The position numbers and the translations under genes are program-made. Positions 44,331-54,877 of a DNA stretch of 64,000 nucleotides are shown here, piece by piece. Source of the stretch: Ignisphaera sp. (GTDB taxonomy: Archaea; Thermoproteota; Thermoprotei_A; Sulfolobales; Ignisphaeraceae); contig JAWBDT010000002.1 of NCBI GenBank assembly GCA_038821645.1, positions 70,368 through 134,367 of the forward strand. The letters are read 5' to 3'. The notes beneath the pieces were generated by a model that worked only from the letters and a program-made list of their open reading frames with translations, had not been told where the DNA came from and made no database searches. The first letter of the stretch is position 1, and each line of letters opens with the position of its first letter.

Positions 44331-44474
44331 CTACTTTATATAAACTCTTCAGTAGAGTTCACATACTGAATCCTTACGGTAAGCTTTAGTTAGGATGAAT
44401 AGCTTTATATATTTAAAGTTAAGCCTAGAAAGATTAGGAAACGACATAGCTATGTAGTTAATTGGATGTAGACA

Positions 44475-45404
44475 ATGTTATTCGATAGATATGGAAGACC
44501 GCTAAGTACATTAAGAATAGTCGTAAACAATGAGTGTAACTATAAATGTATTTACTGTCATAAAGAAGGGATGTATAAAAATAAAGATGGAAGAATTCTA
44601 TCGTTAGAGGAATTGAAGGTCATAACAAAGATAGCATCTAAATTAGGGATAAATAGATTTAAAATATCGGGAGGTGAACCTCTGCTACACAATGACATAG
44701 TCGATATAGTGAAATGGTTAAACGAATTGAAGCCTAATGATATATCTATGACTACCAATGGATTTCACTTAGCTACATTTGCAATTCAGTTAGCTGAAGC
44801 TGGACTACAGAGAGTAAATATAGGTCTTCCATCTCTAAATAGGAATAAATTTAGATATGTGACAGGTGTTGACGCTCTTGATGTAGTAATCAAGGGAATA
44901 AATATAGCTAAAGATGTGTTCCTAAAACCTATGACAATAAATGTTGTTGTGTTAAAGAATATAAATGAACATGAATATCTAGACTTTATAGAGTTTGCAT
45001 CAAAGTTCAATGCTAGACTACGGTTTATAGAACTTGAACCCATAGGTGAAGGCAAGAAAGATTTTAACAATCTCTACACACCTTTAGACAAAATAGTTGA
45101 ATTTCTTGAAGGTGTAAGTGTTAAAATGTATATAAGGGAGGTAAACTTGAGACCTGTTTATGTATTGGATAATGGTGTTGAGGTTGAAATAGTTAGGTGG
45201 TATAGGAACCATAAGTTCTGTCTCTACTGTGATAGAATTAGATTATATAGTGATAAGACATTAAAGCCGTGTGTGGGATTAAACAATTACATAGATTTAC
45301 GGAAGTGCTTAGAGCCTAAGATAGATGAAGATTGTATAGAGTCGATGATAATTTATGCCAATACTATTAGGAAACCTTTTTGGAACACAATCGATTTAGC
45401 TTAG
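44475..45404 (+). CDS. moaA: GTP 3',8-cyclase (Mo/W cofactor biosynthesis)
   Basis: DRYGRP, CNYKCIYC, SGGEP, FCLYCDRIRL..KPC. Confidence 0.92.
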   Translation: MLFDRYGRPLSTLRIVVNNECNYKCIYCHKEGMYKNKDGRILSLEELKVITKIASKLGINRFKISGGEPLLHNDIVDIVKWLNELKPNDISMTTNGFHLATFAIQLAEAGLQRVNIGLPSLNRNKFRYVTGVDALDVVIKGINIAKDVFLKPMTINVVVLKNINEHEYLDFIEFASKFNARLRFIELEPIGEGKKDFNNLYTPLDKIVEFLEGVSVKMYIREVNLRPVYVLDNGVEVEIVRWYRNHKFCLYCDRIRLYSDKTLKPCVGLNNYIDLRKCLEPKIDEDCIESMIIYANTIRKPFWNTIDLA

Positions 45405-45525
45405 ATCTACGTCAAATGATATTGTAATAATGTTTGTAAACCCCAGGTGGGTTATAGTCATGTGGAAGCTTTACTTATTTATACACTTTGCAATATGTTA
45501 TATCGTGGGGCGACAGGTTTAAGTC

Positions 45526-46791
45526 ATGAATACTGTATATAATGATGCTGTTTCACTTAGTGAAGATGTGACACAGATAGCGATAAGAGATGGATCAATA
45601 GATATAAACACCTATACCAATGTATCATATGGTTTCAGAATTAATATTAACGGTTGCTGGAGTATTGTTTCCACAAATAGAAATAATCTGGAGTTGTTAG
45701 ATAGATTTAAACGAGTATCTTTAAATATTACGAGACTGAAAGAATGTGAAGGACTTGCAGAAGCGGAACTTTACAAAGGATATGTAGAGATAGGCAAAGA
45801 GCTTCCTGAATCAGAGGACATAGTGAAACTCATCCATAATCTATGTGAAGAAGCTAGAGGATTTAATGTAACTAGATGTGAAATTATTGTAATATTGAAG
45901 AACGTTATCAAATCTATTGAAAGGGATTATAACGATAGAGCACAAGAACTAAGGAGAATTGTAGAGATGGAGATAGGGTTACTCGGTAAATCATCACTTG
46001 GGTTACCAATCTTTTCGTCAATATATAATACCATCATTTCATGGAATCCTAAAGAAGTTCTGAAAAGTATGGAGAATTCTTTTAAATTAGCGATAGATCG
46101 ATTAACGAGATCGTATACGATGAGATCTTTGAAGCCTTATCTATATGGAAAAGCTATAGTAGTTTTAGATCATACAGCTACTGCAGCTTTATTCCACAAA
46201 ATTTCACATATGCTTGATTCTACCTATTTCTATTCACAAAAACTTTTAGGATATAGATTGGGTCCCGACGAGCTAGAGGTCTATGATGAACCTTATAGTT
46301 ATGGTGCCCCTTCTATGAGGTTCTTTGACGATGAAGGAGTTATTGCTAAGAAAAGAACACTGATTGAAAAGGGTGTTGTCAGGGATCTCCATCATACTAG
46401 AAGTACTGCTAAAACTATGGGTTCTGAGCCAGGTTCTGCATATGGTTTATTCCACAAACCAGTACCATTTCATACAGTTCTCACGATTAAACCAGGTGAC
46501 TGGAGATTTAATGAAATTCTTGAAGATACAAAAAGAGGGTTCTACATAGAAGGTGTAGCCATGGCAACTCTAGAGGAGGGATATATAAGATTTGTACCAG
46601 AATTCAGCTATACTATTGAAAATGGCGAATTTAGAGAATCTATAAAAATTAGGGAAGTTAAAGTACCACTCCAAAGCATAAAAACCATTAATGCTATATC
46701 GAAAGACACTAAAATTAGGACATCAATAGAAAAATCATGGCTAGTTTCAGAAATAGCACCTACAATTAGGCTTGTAGCTTATGTACAATAA
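45526..46791 (+). CDS. TldD/PmbA family protein, catalytically degenerate
   Basis: FDDEGV, LIEKGV, IKPGD; HExxH replaced by HKISH. Confidence 0.8.
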   Translation: MNTVYNDAVSLSEDVTQIAIRDGSIDINTYTNVSYGFRININGCWSIVSTNRNNLELLDRFKRVSLNITRLKECEGLAEAELYKGYVEIGKELPESEDIVKLIHNLCEEARGFNVTRCEIIVILKNVIKSIERDYNDRAQELRRIVEMEIGLLGKSSLGLPIFSSIYNTIISWNPKEVLKSMENSFKLAIDRLTRSYTMRSLKPYLYGKAIVVLDHTATAALFHKISHMLDSTYFYSQKLLGYRLGPDELEVYDEPYSYGAPSMRFFDDEGVIAKKRTLIEKGVVRDLHHTRSTAKTMGSEPGSAYGLFHKPVPFHTVLTIKPGDWRFNEILEDTKRGFYIEGVAMATLEEGYIRFVPEFSYTIENGEFRESIKIREVKVPLQSIKTINAISKDTKIRTSIEKSWLVSEIAPTIRLVAYVQ

Positions 46792-47447
46792 AAGTATTTA
46801 TTTATATAGAATAGAAGCATTATAACATTGAGCAGTATTAAATAGATATTAATGTAGCTAAACACACATGCATACTTAATACTAATTCTATCATTATCCA
46901 TATGTGTAATAAATCTTATTTGATCTATAAAAGAATAATTATTTATATTACTAGATACTTCGATAATTATGGTTCTTACAACATCTTCAAAATTAGTTAT
47001 ACCTCTTAATACTGTTGATGGCGTTATTATAGCAAAAGTTTCATATCCCATGTATATCACGACATATCTATACGTAGTTCCTCGTGATTTAAACTCTACA
47101 ACAGCTTGTAAAGTTTGGGATGCAGAATCATAGATCGAAATATAATTCATGATAGATCTTACTAAAATAGACCTAATTTCATCATAATACTGTTCGTGAT
47201 AAACAATTAAAGATTTGTTTAATTCTCGATATAGATAGGATTTACTTAAAAAACATCTATCTATGGGAACTTCTCTGGGGAGATACATATAACATATCTT
47301 AAGATCCTTACAGACACTTTGTAAACATTTCCTAACATCTTTTAGCCTAAGCTCGAGTTCAGCTAGTGGTGTGGGTTGCTTTAAGTTACTTAGAATTTGA
47401 TATACTTTATGTAATATTTTCTCTAAAGTAACTCCCCCTGTAGACAT
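46779..47447 (-). CDS. Hypothetical protein
   Basis: 222-aa ORF overlapping the dUTPase 3' end; hydrophobic C-terminus; no recognised motif. Confidence 0.5.
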   Translation of the reverse strand: MSTGGVTLEKILHKVYQILSNLKQPTPLAELELRLKDVRKCLQSVCKDLKICYMYLPREVPIDRCFLSKSYLYRELNKSLIVYHEQYYDEIRSILVRSIMNYISIYDSASQTLQAVVEFKSRGTTYRYVVIYMGYETFAIITPSTVLRGITNFEDVVRTIIIEVSSNINNYSFIDQIRFITHMDNDRISIKYACVFSYINIYLILLNVIMLLFYINKYFYCT

Positions 47448-47895
47448 ACTTTGTAATTCTATCTAGCGATATGAATACTAGTTGAGCTATTTGCGCTCCA
47501 TGCTCTATCTCTACACCATGATTATTGAAGACCACTAGAAGGCCTTCGCCTCGCCCTTCGTATCCAGGGTCCCATACAGCAGTATGTATTGTAGCACCTA
47601 TTCTAAGGAGTGTAGATCTGGGTATAGCTATTGCGATAGCATTTTCAGGAACTTTTACAATCTCTCTATATCTAATTCTATATCCACCTGGTGCAAGTAT
47701 GTAAATACCTTCTTCATTTGGTATGATTTCAGAAACATTAGAAAGTTTTTTTGAGTTACTGTATAGACCACCTCTATCTATGAAACTAAACACTTTATCT
47801 AGGTGTAATTTCATACCGCTACAATCAATGCTCTCTTTTGACAAACCTAGTATAGATATTAATGTCTCTGGCGATAAAACCACCAAATTAAGCAC
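47407..47895 (-). CDS. Archaeal dUTPase (dCTP deaminase/dUTPase family)
   Basis: PRSTLLRIG, AVWDPGYEG, IAQLVF, YRGSY. Confidence 0.9.
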   Translation of the reverse strand: MLNLVVLSPETLISILGLSKESIDCSGMKLHLDKVFSFIDRGGLYSNSKKLSNVSEIIPNEEGIYILAPGGYRIRYREIVKVPENAIAIAIPRSTLLRIGATIHTAVWDPGYEGRGEGLLVVFNNHGVEIEHGAQIAQLVFISLDRITKYVYRGSYFRENIT

Positions 47896-48656
47896 CCAAT
47901 TACCTACTTATAAGTCGTTAAACATAAATAGTTAAGCTTATTTAGTAATTAAATTGCATAACATCTAACTAATCTTCAGACTTTATCAAAATTCTTATTA
48001 CACTATGATATATTCTATGAATCTAACATCAATATTTAAAGTTAACCATTATTATAGATTCAATATAGTAAGTATCACCTAGACCTACTTATTTCTATGA
48101 CACTTAACAATTTTCAGCACGATTGTAATCATTGTGGTATACGTTAGCAACTATAGCATGGTCTACATATTTTGAGTTTTGGCTACAATAGGTTCCTTGT
48201 ACACATACCATAAACATAAAAATCAAATATTCTTATATAGTTTTTCTAATCAATTATAACTAGAGAAGATCTTCATGTTTAATTCTCTAAATGGACTTTA
48301 TTAAGTTTATTAACTATCGTAGAAGCAACAACTATACTAAACACTTAGATTACTGTTCTTAAGTATGTAATAATTATTAAAGACAAATTGACAGTAATGT
48401 AGAAATCAATATATCATAAATATTGTAATAATCAAAGTCGTATCACATTTATTATTAATATGAAATTATGTTCAATGAATTTTCTAAAGTATTGTTAAAA
48501 CTAATACGAACTGGATAAATAGGGCATCTCTACATATGATCTTTTGTAAATTTAATATATTCATTTAGTTATCTATTCAGATCGGAATGAGTAATACATT
48601 CCATGAGGACAGGTTGTTAAGGAAATGTATTAAAAAATGTTTTTATTTTTGTTTGG

Positions 48657-48845
48657 TTATCCGCATTCTGGATAATCGTCTGGTACTTTTGCTCTAAAGT
48701 ATTTTCCTGATGCTGGATCTTGGAACAAACCTATCTTTACTCCTTTTCTACCTCTAGGTGCTAAACTCCAAACCTTCTTAGGCACAAGACTTTTTTCAGC
48801 TCCATCAGGTGTTTTAACACTTACAGCTTTACTACATGCAGCCAT
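48657..48845 (-). CDS. creN7: Chromatin protein Cren7
   Basis: [62 protein letters not shown]; ATG at 48845; T-rich terminator-like tract downstream. Confidence 0.93.
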   Translation of the reverse strand: MAACSKAVSVKTPDGAEKSLVPKKVWSLAPRGRKGVKIGLFQDPASGKYFRAKVPDDYPECG

Positions 48846-49090
48846 AACACATACCCAAAACAGAAATAGAACAAACAAAATATATAAACATGACGTTAAG
48901 GATGTAACGAATCCGTCGACAAATAATACTATCTATGATGTATACACCTAAGTTATTTATATTTAAGTTATCTTATTTCATTTAGATTTAACTATAGGTT
49001 TCTCGACATATGATCTAAAAGTTTTGAAGCTCATTTATAAACTGTAACAAAAATATTTATATGGTGGGATTACTGTTTAGGTGAGATATT

Positions 49091-50092
49091 GTGGCTCTAT
49101 ATAGGCGAAGAGTTCAGAAGATAGGGAAAGCAACATTTATAATAACTTTACCAGCTTCATGGGCAAGAGAGGTAGGGCTTGAGCCAAGATCTGAGGTATT
49201 TCTTGAAGTTTTGCCCGATATGTCTTTACGAGTATATACATCGGTTAGAAAAATGGATAGAGATATAGAAGCTCAAATTACTATAGATGAAAGGTACAAC
49301 GAACATGATGTTGCTCGTGAAATAATAGCTTATTACATTGCTGGGATCTCTATGATAAAGTTGTTATACAGTGGGGTTAGTAGATCTATAGTAGATAGAG
49401 GAATAGATATTGCCAGAGATAGACTTATAGGACTTGAGGTTATAGATGAAGATGTTGATACTATTACTTTACAAATTGTTGTAGATCCTAATCTAAGTGA
49501 TATTGAAAGTGTTGTAAAGAGGCTTAAGAGAATAGCTATCTCTATGCATAGAGATATTATTCTCTATATGACAAAGGATGCTGATTTATCTATTCTTGAA
49601 TCGGTTGTCTCTAGAGACAATCTTGCTGATAAGCTGTATCTTTTAGCTCTTCGTCAGTTAACGCAAGTTCTTAAAGATCCACATGAAATGAGTAAAAGGG
49701 GTATAGATCACATCGAAGCCATACATAGAGTTATGTTTATAAAGAGTCTAGAAAGAGTAGCGGATCACGCTGTAAATATAGCTAAGACTGTCAAGCTAGT
49801 TAATTCAATTCCTAAAGATATTGTAGAACTTTATAAAGAGACTATCGAGATTTTTGACTTGATGTCCGACGCATTTATAGCTATGGATAAGCAAAAAGCT
49901 ATAGAATTAGTTAAACATGTAGAGAAACTTAAGGTAACAGATGATGAGATAAGAAAGAAAATAGCTATGGATAAATCATGGGATCCTTACTTAACGAGAT
50001 TGTTAGACGCTATCTCAAGAATTGTGGCTAGAACAATAGATACAGAGGAAATAGTCATAGACATAAATTCTATAAAGTCACTAAAAACATAG
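49091..50092 (+). CDS. Phosphate uptake regulator, AbrB-PhoU fusion
   Basis: RRVQKIG..TFIITLPASW N-terminal AbrB domain; LERVADHAVNIA PhoU motif. Confidence 0.9.
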   Translation: MALYRRRVQKIGKATFIITLPASWAREVGLEPRSEVFLEVLPDMSLRVYTSVRKMDRDIEAQITIDERYNEHDVAREIIAYYIAGISMIKLLYSGVSRSIVDRGIDIARDRLIGLEVIDEDVDTITLQIVVDPNLSDIESVVKRLKRIAISMHRDIILYMTKDADLSILESVVSRDNLADKLYLLALRQLTQVLKDPHEMSKRGIDHIEAIHRVMFIKSLERVADHAVNIAKTVKLVNSIPKDIVELYKETIEIFDLMSDAFIAMDKQKAIELVKHVEKLKVTDDEIRKKIAMDKSWDPYLTRLLDAISRIVARTIDTEEIVIDINSIKSLKT

Positions 50093-50112
50093 CATATATT
50101 AACTCAAGGATG

Positions 50113-50385
50113 TTATTCAATCTGATCCATTTTTAGTTCATTAAGATGTTCAACAAGTTTACATATGCCTTCAAATGTAGGTGTACTTCTGGATCTACTT
50201 AATGTTCGTCTAAGTTCTGGATGAAGTACTATCAGTATTTTTGTTATTCTTGAAAAAAGTTTTCTACCTTCCGAATTAAGAACCAGATTTTTATCAAAGT
50301 ATTTCTCTTTGTTATTTACAAGCTCATCAATTAACATACTTACTTCTTTCATCAACAACGAGTTTCGTCTACTTTTAGGATCCAC
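50113..50385 (-). CDS. Hypothetical protein
   Basis: 90-aa ORF, GTG start with GAGG RBS. Confidence 0.6.
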   Translation of the reverse strand: MDPKSRRNSLLMKEVSMLIDELVNNKEKYFDKNLVLNSEGRKLFSRITKILIVLHPELRRTLSRSRSTPTFEGICKLVEHLNELKMDQIE

Positions 50386-50456
50386 GTTAACATACCTCTA
50401 CTTCTATAGAATGTATTAAAATATTTTTAATTTTTACTATAAAGATGATGTGTTAG

Positions 50457-51626
50457 GTGCATATTGTGGAACTTCAGAGATTTAATGTAAGATATGGAAG
50501 AACTGTTGTATACTTTGGTCCAGGAGCTTTCAAAGAGCTAGAGAGTGTCATAAATAGATACAAGCGTGTATATGTGATTACGAGTAGAAATGCAGCAAAA
50601 ATAAGTAGAGCACTTGATGATATTCTATCTATTTTAAGTAGCTATAGTATCGAATATGAAATCTTTGATAAAATTAAACCAAATCCCATGCAATACATCA
50701 TAGAGCAACTAGCATATGAATTAATTGAATTTAACGCAGAAGCTGTTATTGGTATAGGCGGAGGAAGTGTCATAGATTCAGCAAAAATTGCTTCAGCTTT
50801 ATCTATTTGTGGTGGAAATGTTAAAGACTATATATATGGAGTTAGACAAATCTGTGGAGCTCGACCTATTATAGCTGTCAATCTGACACATGGTACAGGT
50901 TCTGAGATCAATAGGTATGCTGTTGTAACTATTGATTCTCCAAAGACAAAATTTGGAATAGCATCTGAATACCTATATCCGTTAGTAAGTGTTAATGATC
51001 CACGTTACACTCTCTCATTACCCCAAAAACAGATAATATACACGGCTCTAGATGCCTTCTACCATGCTTATGAAGCTGCTACAGGTAAGAATACATCACC
51101 TTTCGTACTTACTCTATCTGAAGAGATAACGAAACATATAGTCAATTGGTTACCCATAGCCATCAAAGATCCCAATAATATTGAGGCTAGATACTGGCTT
51201 CTTTACTCATCTATGTTAGCAGGTATAGCCATAGATAATAGTCGTGCCCATGTGATACACGCTATAGAGAATGTGTTAAGTGGAATCAATGTAGATTTTC
51301 CACATGGTGCTGGTCTAGCCATTCTAGGTCCTCAGGCAGCTGTCTATATACATAGAGCTGTACCAGAATATTCGTATAGAGTTCTAAGATACATAGATCC
51401 CAGTATAAGACCTTTAAAAGACGATGCAGAAAAAGCTGGCAAAGCTATAGCGGAATTCCAACAAATGTTAGGCTTTGAAGAAAAACTAAGTGATTATGGC
51501 TTCAAAGAAGAGGATGCCGATATTGTTGTAGATACCGTTTTTAAGGCTCTTGGCTACAGCTTAAGGCTTGCACCTTTCGATGTAAGAGAAGATGATATTA
51601 GAAACATATATCTCAAATCTATATAG
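50457..51626 (+). CDS. Iron-containing alcohol dehydrogenase
   Basis: IGGGSVIDSAK, HGTGSE, DAFYHAYE, PHGAGL. Confidence 0.92.
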   Translation: MHIVELQRFNVRYGRTVVYFGPGAFKELESVINRYKRVYVITSRNAAKISRALDDILSILSSYSIEYEIFDKIKPNPMQYIIEQLAYELIEFNAEAVIGIGGGSVIDSAKIASALSICGGNVKDYIYGVRQICGARPIIAVNLTHGTGSEINRYAVVTIDSPKTKFGIASEYLYPLVSVNDPRYTLSLPQKQIIYTALDAFYHAYEAATGKNTSPFVLTLSEEITKHIVNWLPIAIKDPNNIEARYWLLYSSMLAGIAIDNSRAHVIHAIENVLSGINVDFPHGAGLAILGPQAAVYIHRAVPEYSYRVLRYIDPSIRPLKDDAEKAGKAIAEFQQMLGFEEKLSDYGFKEEDADIVVDTVFKALGYSLRLAPFDVREDDIRNIYLKSI

Positions 51627-51642
51627 CTAGGGATAAAATAGA

Positions 51643-52536
51643 TTGAGAGCACTCTTCATAGGGAATTTGACTTTAGACAAAGTAGGTGAAAGACTTAAGG
51701 TAGGTGGTTCAGGTTACTACGGTGGAAGGGCTCTAGCAACGTATCTAGATGTAGAAACATATGTTCTTACTAATGTTGATGAAAATTACAGAGGACTTGT
51801 TTTAGGATTACTCAATAGCTACGGTATAAAGGTATTTGAAATAAAGTCTAATGACATGCCTATATTCATTATAAGTAGTGGAAAAGCTGTAGAGTTTCAA
51901 GGAACATCAAGTAAAATCTCTAAGGAGATTATAGAGAGTTATTTAAAAGTGGGAGGATCCAGTATAGTAATTATTGCACCAATAATGAGAGAAATTGATA
52001 TAGATTCCATATATATACTTGAGGATTTTAGTCGATCTACGATTAATGTAGTGGCTCTCGATATTCAGGGATTTGTTAGAAATGTTGTAGACAATAGAAT
52101 TACTTGTGAATGGATAGAAGATTTAGAACTTATATTGAGGTATGTTGATATAGTTCATGGTAACATTAAGGAGTTCTGTTTTGCCAAAGAGGAGCTAATG
52201 GTTGTTAAAAATATCAAAGAGCTTAGTACCACATTAGATACAGCATTTCTAGTGAGTCTCGATGCTAGAGGAACATATCTAGTGTATTCAGGAGAGATAT
52301 TCTATATACCTTCACTATCCGTGAATACAGTAGATGATGTAGGTGCTGGTGATGTTCTTTTAGCAGTAGCGTCGTATTATAGAGCTAGAAACGAAAGCAT
52401 ATTGAGTTCATCTGTAAAGGGAGTTATTGCAGCTTCACTTAAGGTCGAGAATGCTTATAGAGATTGGTTCGATAGAGAAACTATAGAATCTATAGCACAA
52501 AACCATGAGAGGATGATTAAGGTCGTCAATATATGA
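51643..52536 (+). CDS. PfkB-family sugar/nucleoside kinase
   Basis: GNLTLD..GGSGYY, DIQGFVR, DDVGAGD. Confidence 0.85.
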   Translation: MRALFIGNLTLDKVGERLKVGGSGYYGGRALATYLDVETYVLTNVDENYRGLVLGLLNSYGIKVFEIKSNDMPIFIISSGKAVEFQGTSSKISKEIIESYLKVGGSSIVIIAPIMREIDIDSIYILEDFSRSTINVVALDIQGFVRNVVDNRITCEWIEDLELILRYVDIVHGNIKEFCFAKEELMVVKNIKELSTTLDTAFLVSLDARGTYLVYSGEIFYIPSLSVNTVDDVGAGDVLLAVASYYRARNESILSSSVKGVIAASLKVENAYRDWFDRETIESIAQNHERMIKVVNI

Positions 52537-52781
52537 AGAAAAAAGAGGCAGATATTAATAAGATTGTTAAAGAAACACTATCTAGAAAAGATCCTGCTGG
52601 ATATTATGTGATTGTAGCAATCAATAGTACTGAATTGAAAGAGGTATTAAACAGATATAAATATGGAGATATTATTACTGAAGATATTGGAGATACTACT
52701 ATAATCAGAAGTAGAACTAGAAGAATCATAGAGTTACTTATACGTGAACTAGTATCTAAAAAGCTTCTAGCTGATACTTAA
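52533..52781 (+). CDS. Hypothetical protein
   Basis: 82-aa ORF coupled to pfkB by an ATGA overlap; KDPAGYY motif. Confidence 0.65.
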   Translation: MKKKEADINKIVKETLSRKDPAGYYVIVAINSTELKEVLNRYKYGDIITEDIGDTTIIRSRTRRIIELLIRELVSKKLLADT

Positions 52782-53173
52782 ACAGTATGTATCTGTATAG
52801 ATATTCTCCTCACATGATTGTGAACAGATCTTGTTTCAAGAAGATATATATCGTCATCAGGTGATAAAACTAGAGAACCATCCATAATAGGAATTACAAT
52901 ATTTGTTGAAATTAATGTTGATATCAAATGTGCATACGCATTACCGTGTCTCCAACCATTGAATGGGATAAATCTACAGATGAAGTTTAGAAAATCTTTA
53001 TCCATTCCTTTACTAAGTACTATAAGGGCTGGTGTAGCTCCTTCGACAGATATCCAAACTAATCCCATACTAGCTTTACATTCACTAATAACATCCTTGA
53101 CTAAATATGTTATAGGATGGAGGACCATTGGTCCGTAGGTTCTAATCTCAACTATCTTTGAACAAACCTTCAA
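52778..53173 (-). CDS. YjbQ/UPF0047-like protein (paralog B)
   Basis: WRHGNAYAHLISTL, IPIMDGSLVL, RRI. Confidence 0.7.
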   Translation of the reverse strand: MKVCSKIVEIRTYGPMVLHPITYLVKDVISECKASMGLVWISVEGATPALIVLSKGMDKDFLNFICRFIPFNGWRHGNAYAHLISTLISTNIVIPIMDGSLVLSPDDDIYLLETRSVHNHVRRISIQIHTV

Positions 53174-53531
53174 GAACTATCACCAGAGATTTTTCTCCAC
53201 TAACTCTAGAAATATCAATGAATACTATCTTCTTAAATTGTCCAAGGAAAAGAGAGTTATTGATTACAGGTACAACAACGCTTTTACCCAGTAATATACT
53301 ACAGAGACCACTATCCATACAACCAATATTTTTCAAAAATTCTTCAAGATCTGCCAGTAATTCAGGTTCATATTCTATCTCTACTACACTACAACCTTTT
53401 TCATTTGTGTAAACTACAGCTAAACCTTTACGAAGATTGTTTTTATAAATAAGTTCTGCTATATAGGCGGTTATATCTTGAGCACCATAACCAGAGCTTT
53501 CTAATAAGATTCTATAGGTTCTAACATCCAT
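53148..53531 (-). CDS. YjbQ/UPF0047-like protein (paralog A)
   Basis: DIT..I, IEYEPELLADL, LLGKSVVVPV...LFLGQFKKIVFID. Confidence 0.7.
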   Translation of the reverse strand: MDVRTYRILLESSGYGAQDITAYIAELIYKNNLRKGLAVVYTNEKGCSVVEIEYEPELLADLEEFLKNIGCMDSGLCSILLGKSVVVPVINNSLFLGQFKKIVFIDISRVSGEKSLVIVLEGLFKDS

Positions 53532-53629
53532 AGACTACACCATTCACATAAAATCATTAGCTTATCTTTACTAAGCTATCACAGACCATGAAGTGTACAG
53601 AGATGTATCTATACATGACTTTGTATCCT

Positions 53630-54772
53630 TTAAGCCTCTATCTCTTTTCCTATCAATGATTCTAAAAATGCTATCCTTTTATATATTGGTGGATGCGTTG
53701 AAAGTAGTTCTTCAAGACCTACTAATGGTTCAGCTAAAGCGTATATGAATAATGGTTTAATCTTGCTATCGGCTATAAGTTTTCTAGCACCAGTAGATCT
53801 ATAGAATTTATCAAGAGATCTTAAGGCACCTATCATGGCAAAAGGCGAAGTTACTTTAGCTCCATGTGCATCAGCATAGTGTTCCCTTAGTCTCGATAAA
53901 GCTAAAACAGCTATCTGTAGCAAAATGCTTACAACAATAAGCACCATACCTAGTAAAATGAATAATAGTCCTCCTTCGGACCTTCTTCTTTCACCACCAT
54001 CGCTATACCTACCCATGAATCCAATATATAGGAGGAATCGACCTACAAAGTATATCGTTGATGGAATTAAACCAAATAACATTATAACAGCATTATCTCT
54101 ATGTTTGTGATGTCCAAGTTCGTGACCAATTACAGCTTCAAGTTCATCTCTACCTTTAATAGTTTTAAGGAGGCCTGTTGTGATGGCTACATATTTACCC
54201 ATTAGAGGTGATGAATAAGCAAAGGCATTAGGAATAGACATTTCAGCAACAACAGCCTTAGGAGGCTTCATGCCACCTCTAGTAGCAACTCTATCAACAA
54301 TCTTCTGAAGTTCTGGATCATGTCTACATCTATACATTGTGTTAATTATAGCTGGAGCTACAAGCCATGAAATAAGAGACGGTAGTAAAGCGAAGAGAAT
54401 AGCTATACTAAACAATGTAGTAGCTAGTTCATAACCAAGTAGGTATGCTACAAGCATAAATATGAATATAGCTCCACTTATAACAGCAAGAGATGTTGAA
54501 ATCATAGACGCTTTGAGATGATCCAGATCCACAGGAATTCTCTTTTCAATAAATCTACCTACACCTAGACTAACCAATATAAGCACAGTTATCGAGAGAC
54601 CGTAGGCAACTATATCGATAATCCACCACATCCACCAGAATCTAAACGGATAGAGACCTATAGTTATAGCAACTCCTGGAGCTAATAACGATAAAATTAT
54701 CTGTATAACAGCTAAAGTAAATACTACTAGCAACAGTATACTAAGGATCAACATAATCTTTCCACGAATCAT
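53630..54772 (-). CDS. htpX: HtpX-like M48 zinc membrane protease
   Basis: PNAFA, HELGHHKHRD, SRLREHYAD, STHPP; likely start MIRGK. Confidence 0.9.
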   Translation of the reverse strand: MIRGKIMLILSILLLVVFTLAVIQIILSLLAPGVAITIGLYPFRFWWMWWIIDIVAYGLSITVLILVSLGVGRFIEKRIPVDLDHLKASMISTSLAVISGAIFIFMLVAYLLGYELATTLFSIAILFALLPSLISWLVAPAIINTMYRCRHDPELQKIVDRVATRGGMKPPKAVVAEMSIPNAFAYSSPLMGKYVAITTGLLKTIKGRDELEAVIGHELGHHKHRDNAVIMLFGLIPSTIYFVGRFLLYIGFMGRYSDGGERRRSEGGLLFILLGMVLIVVSILLQIAVLALSRLREHYADAHGAKVTSPFAMIGALRSLDKFYRSTGARKLIADSKIKPLFIYALAEPLVGLEELLSTHPPIYKRIAFLESLIGKEIEA

Positions 54773-54877
54773 AATAAAGCTCCCGGAGTATGGTTTATAG
54801 ATTGGCTGGAAATTAAACTTAACGTTGTTTTCTAGTATATCAGTATAAATTTTGTTGAAATATCCTATATACTGGTT

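Noticed and set aside
47900-48656. Long AT-rich gap between the dUTPase gene and cren7
   Set aside because: No credible ORF or RNA was found beyond a short hairpin (GGAATG...CATTCC, about 48583-48602).
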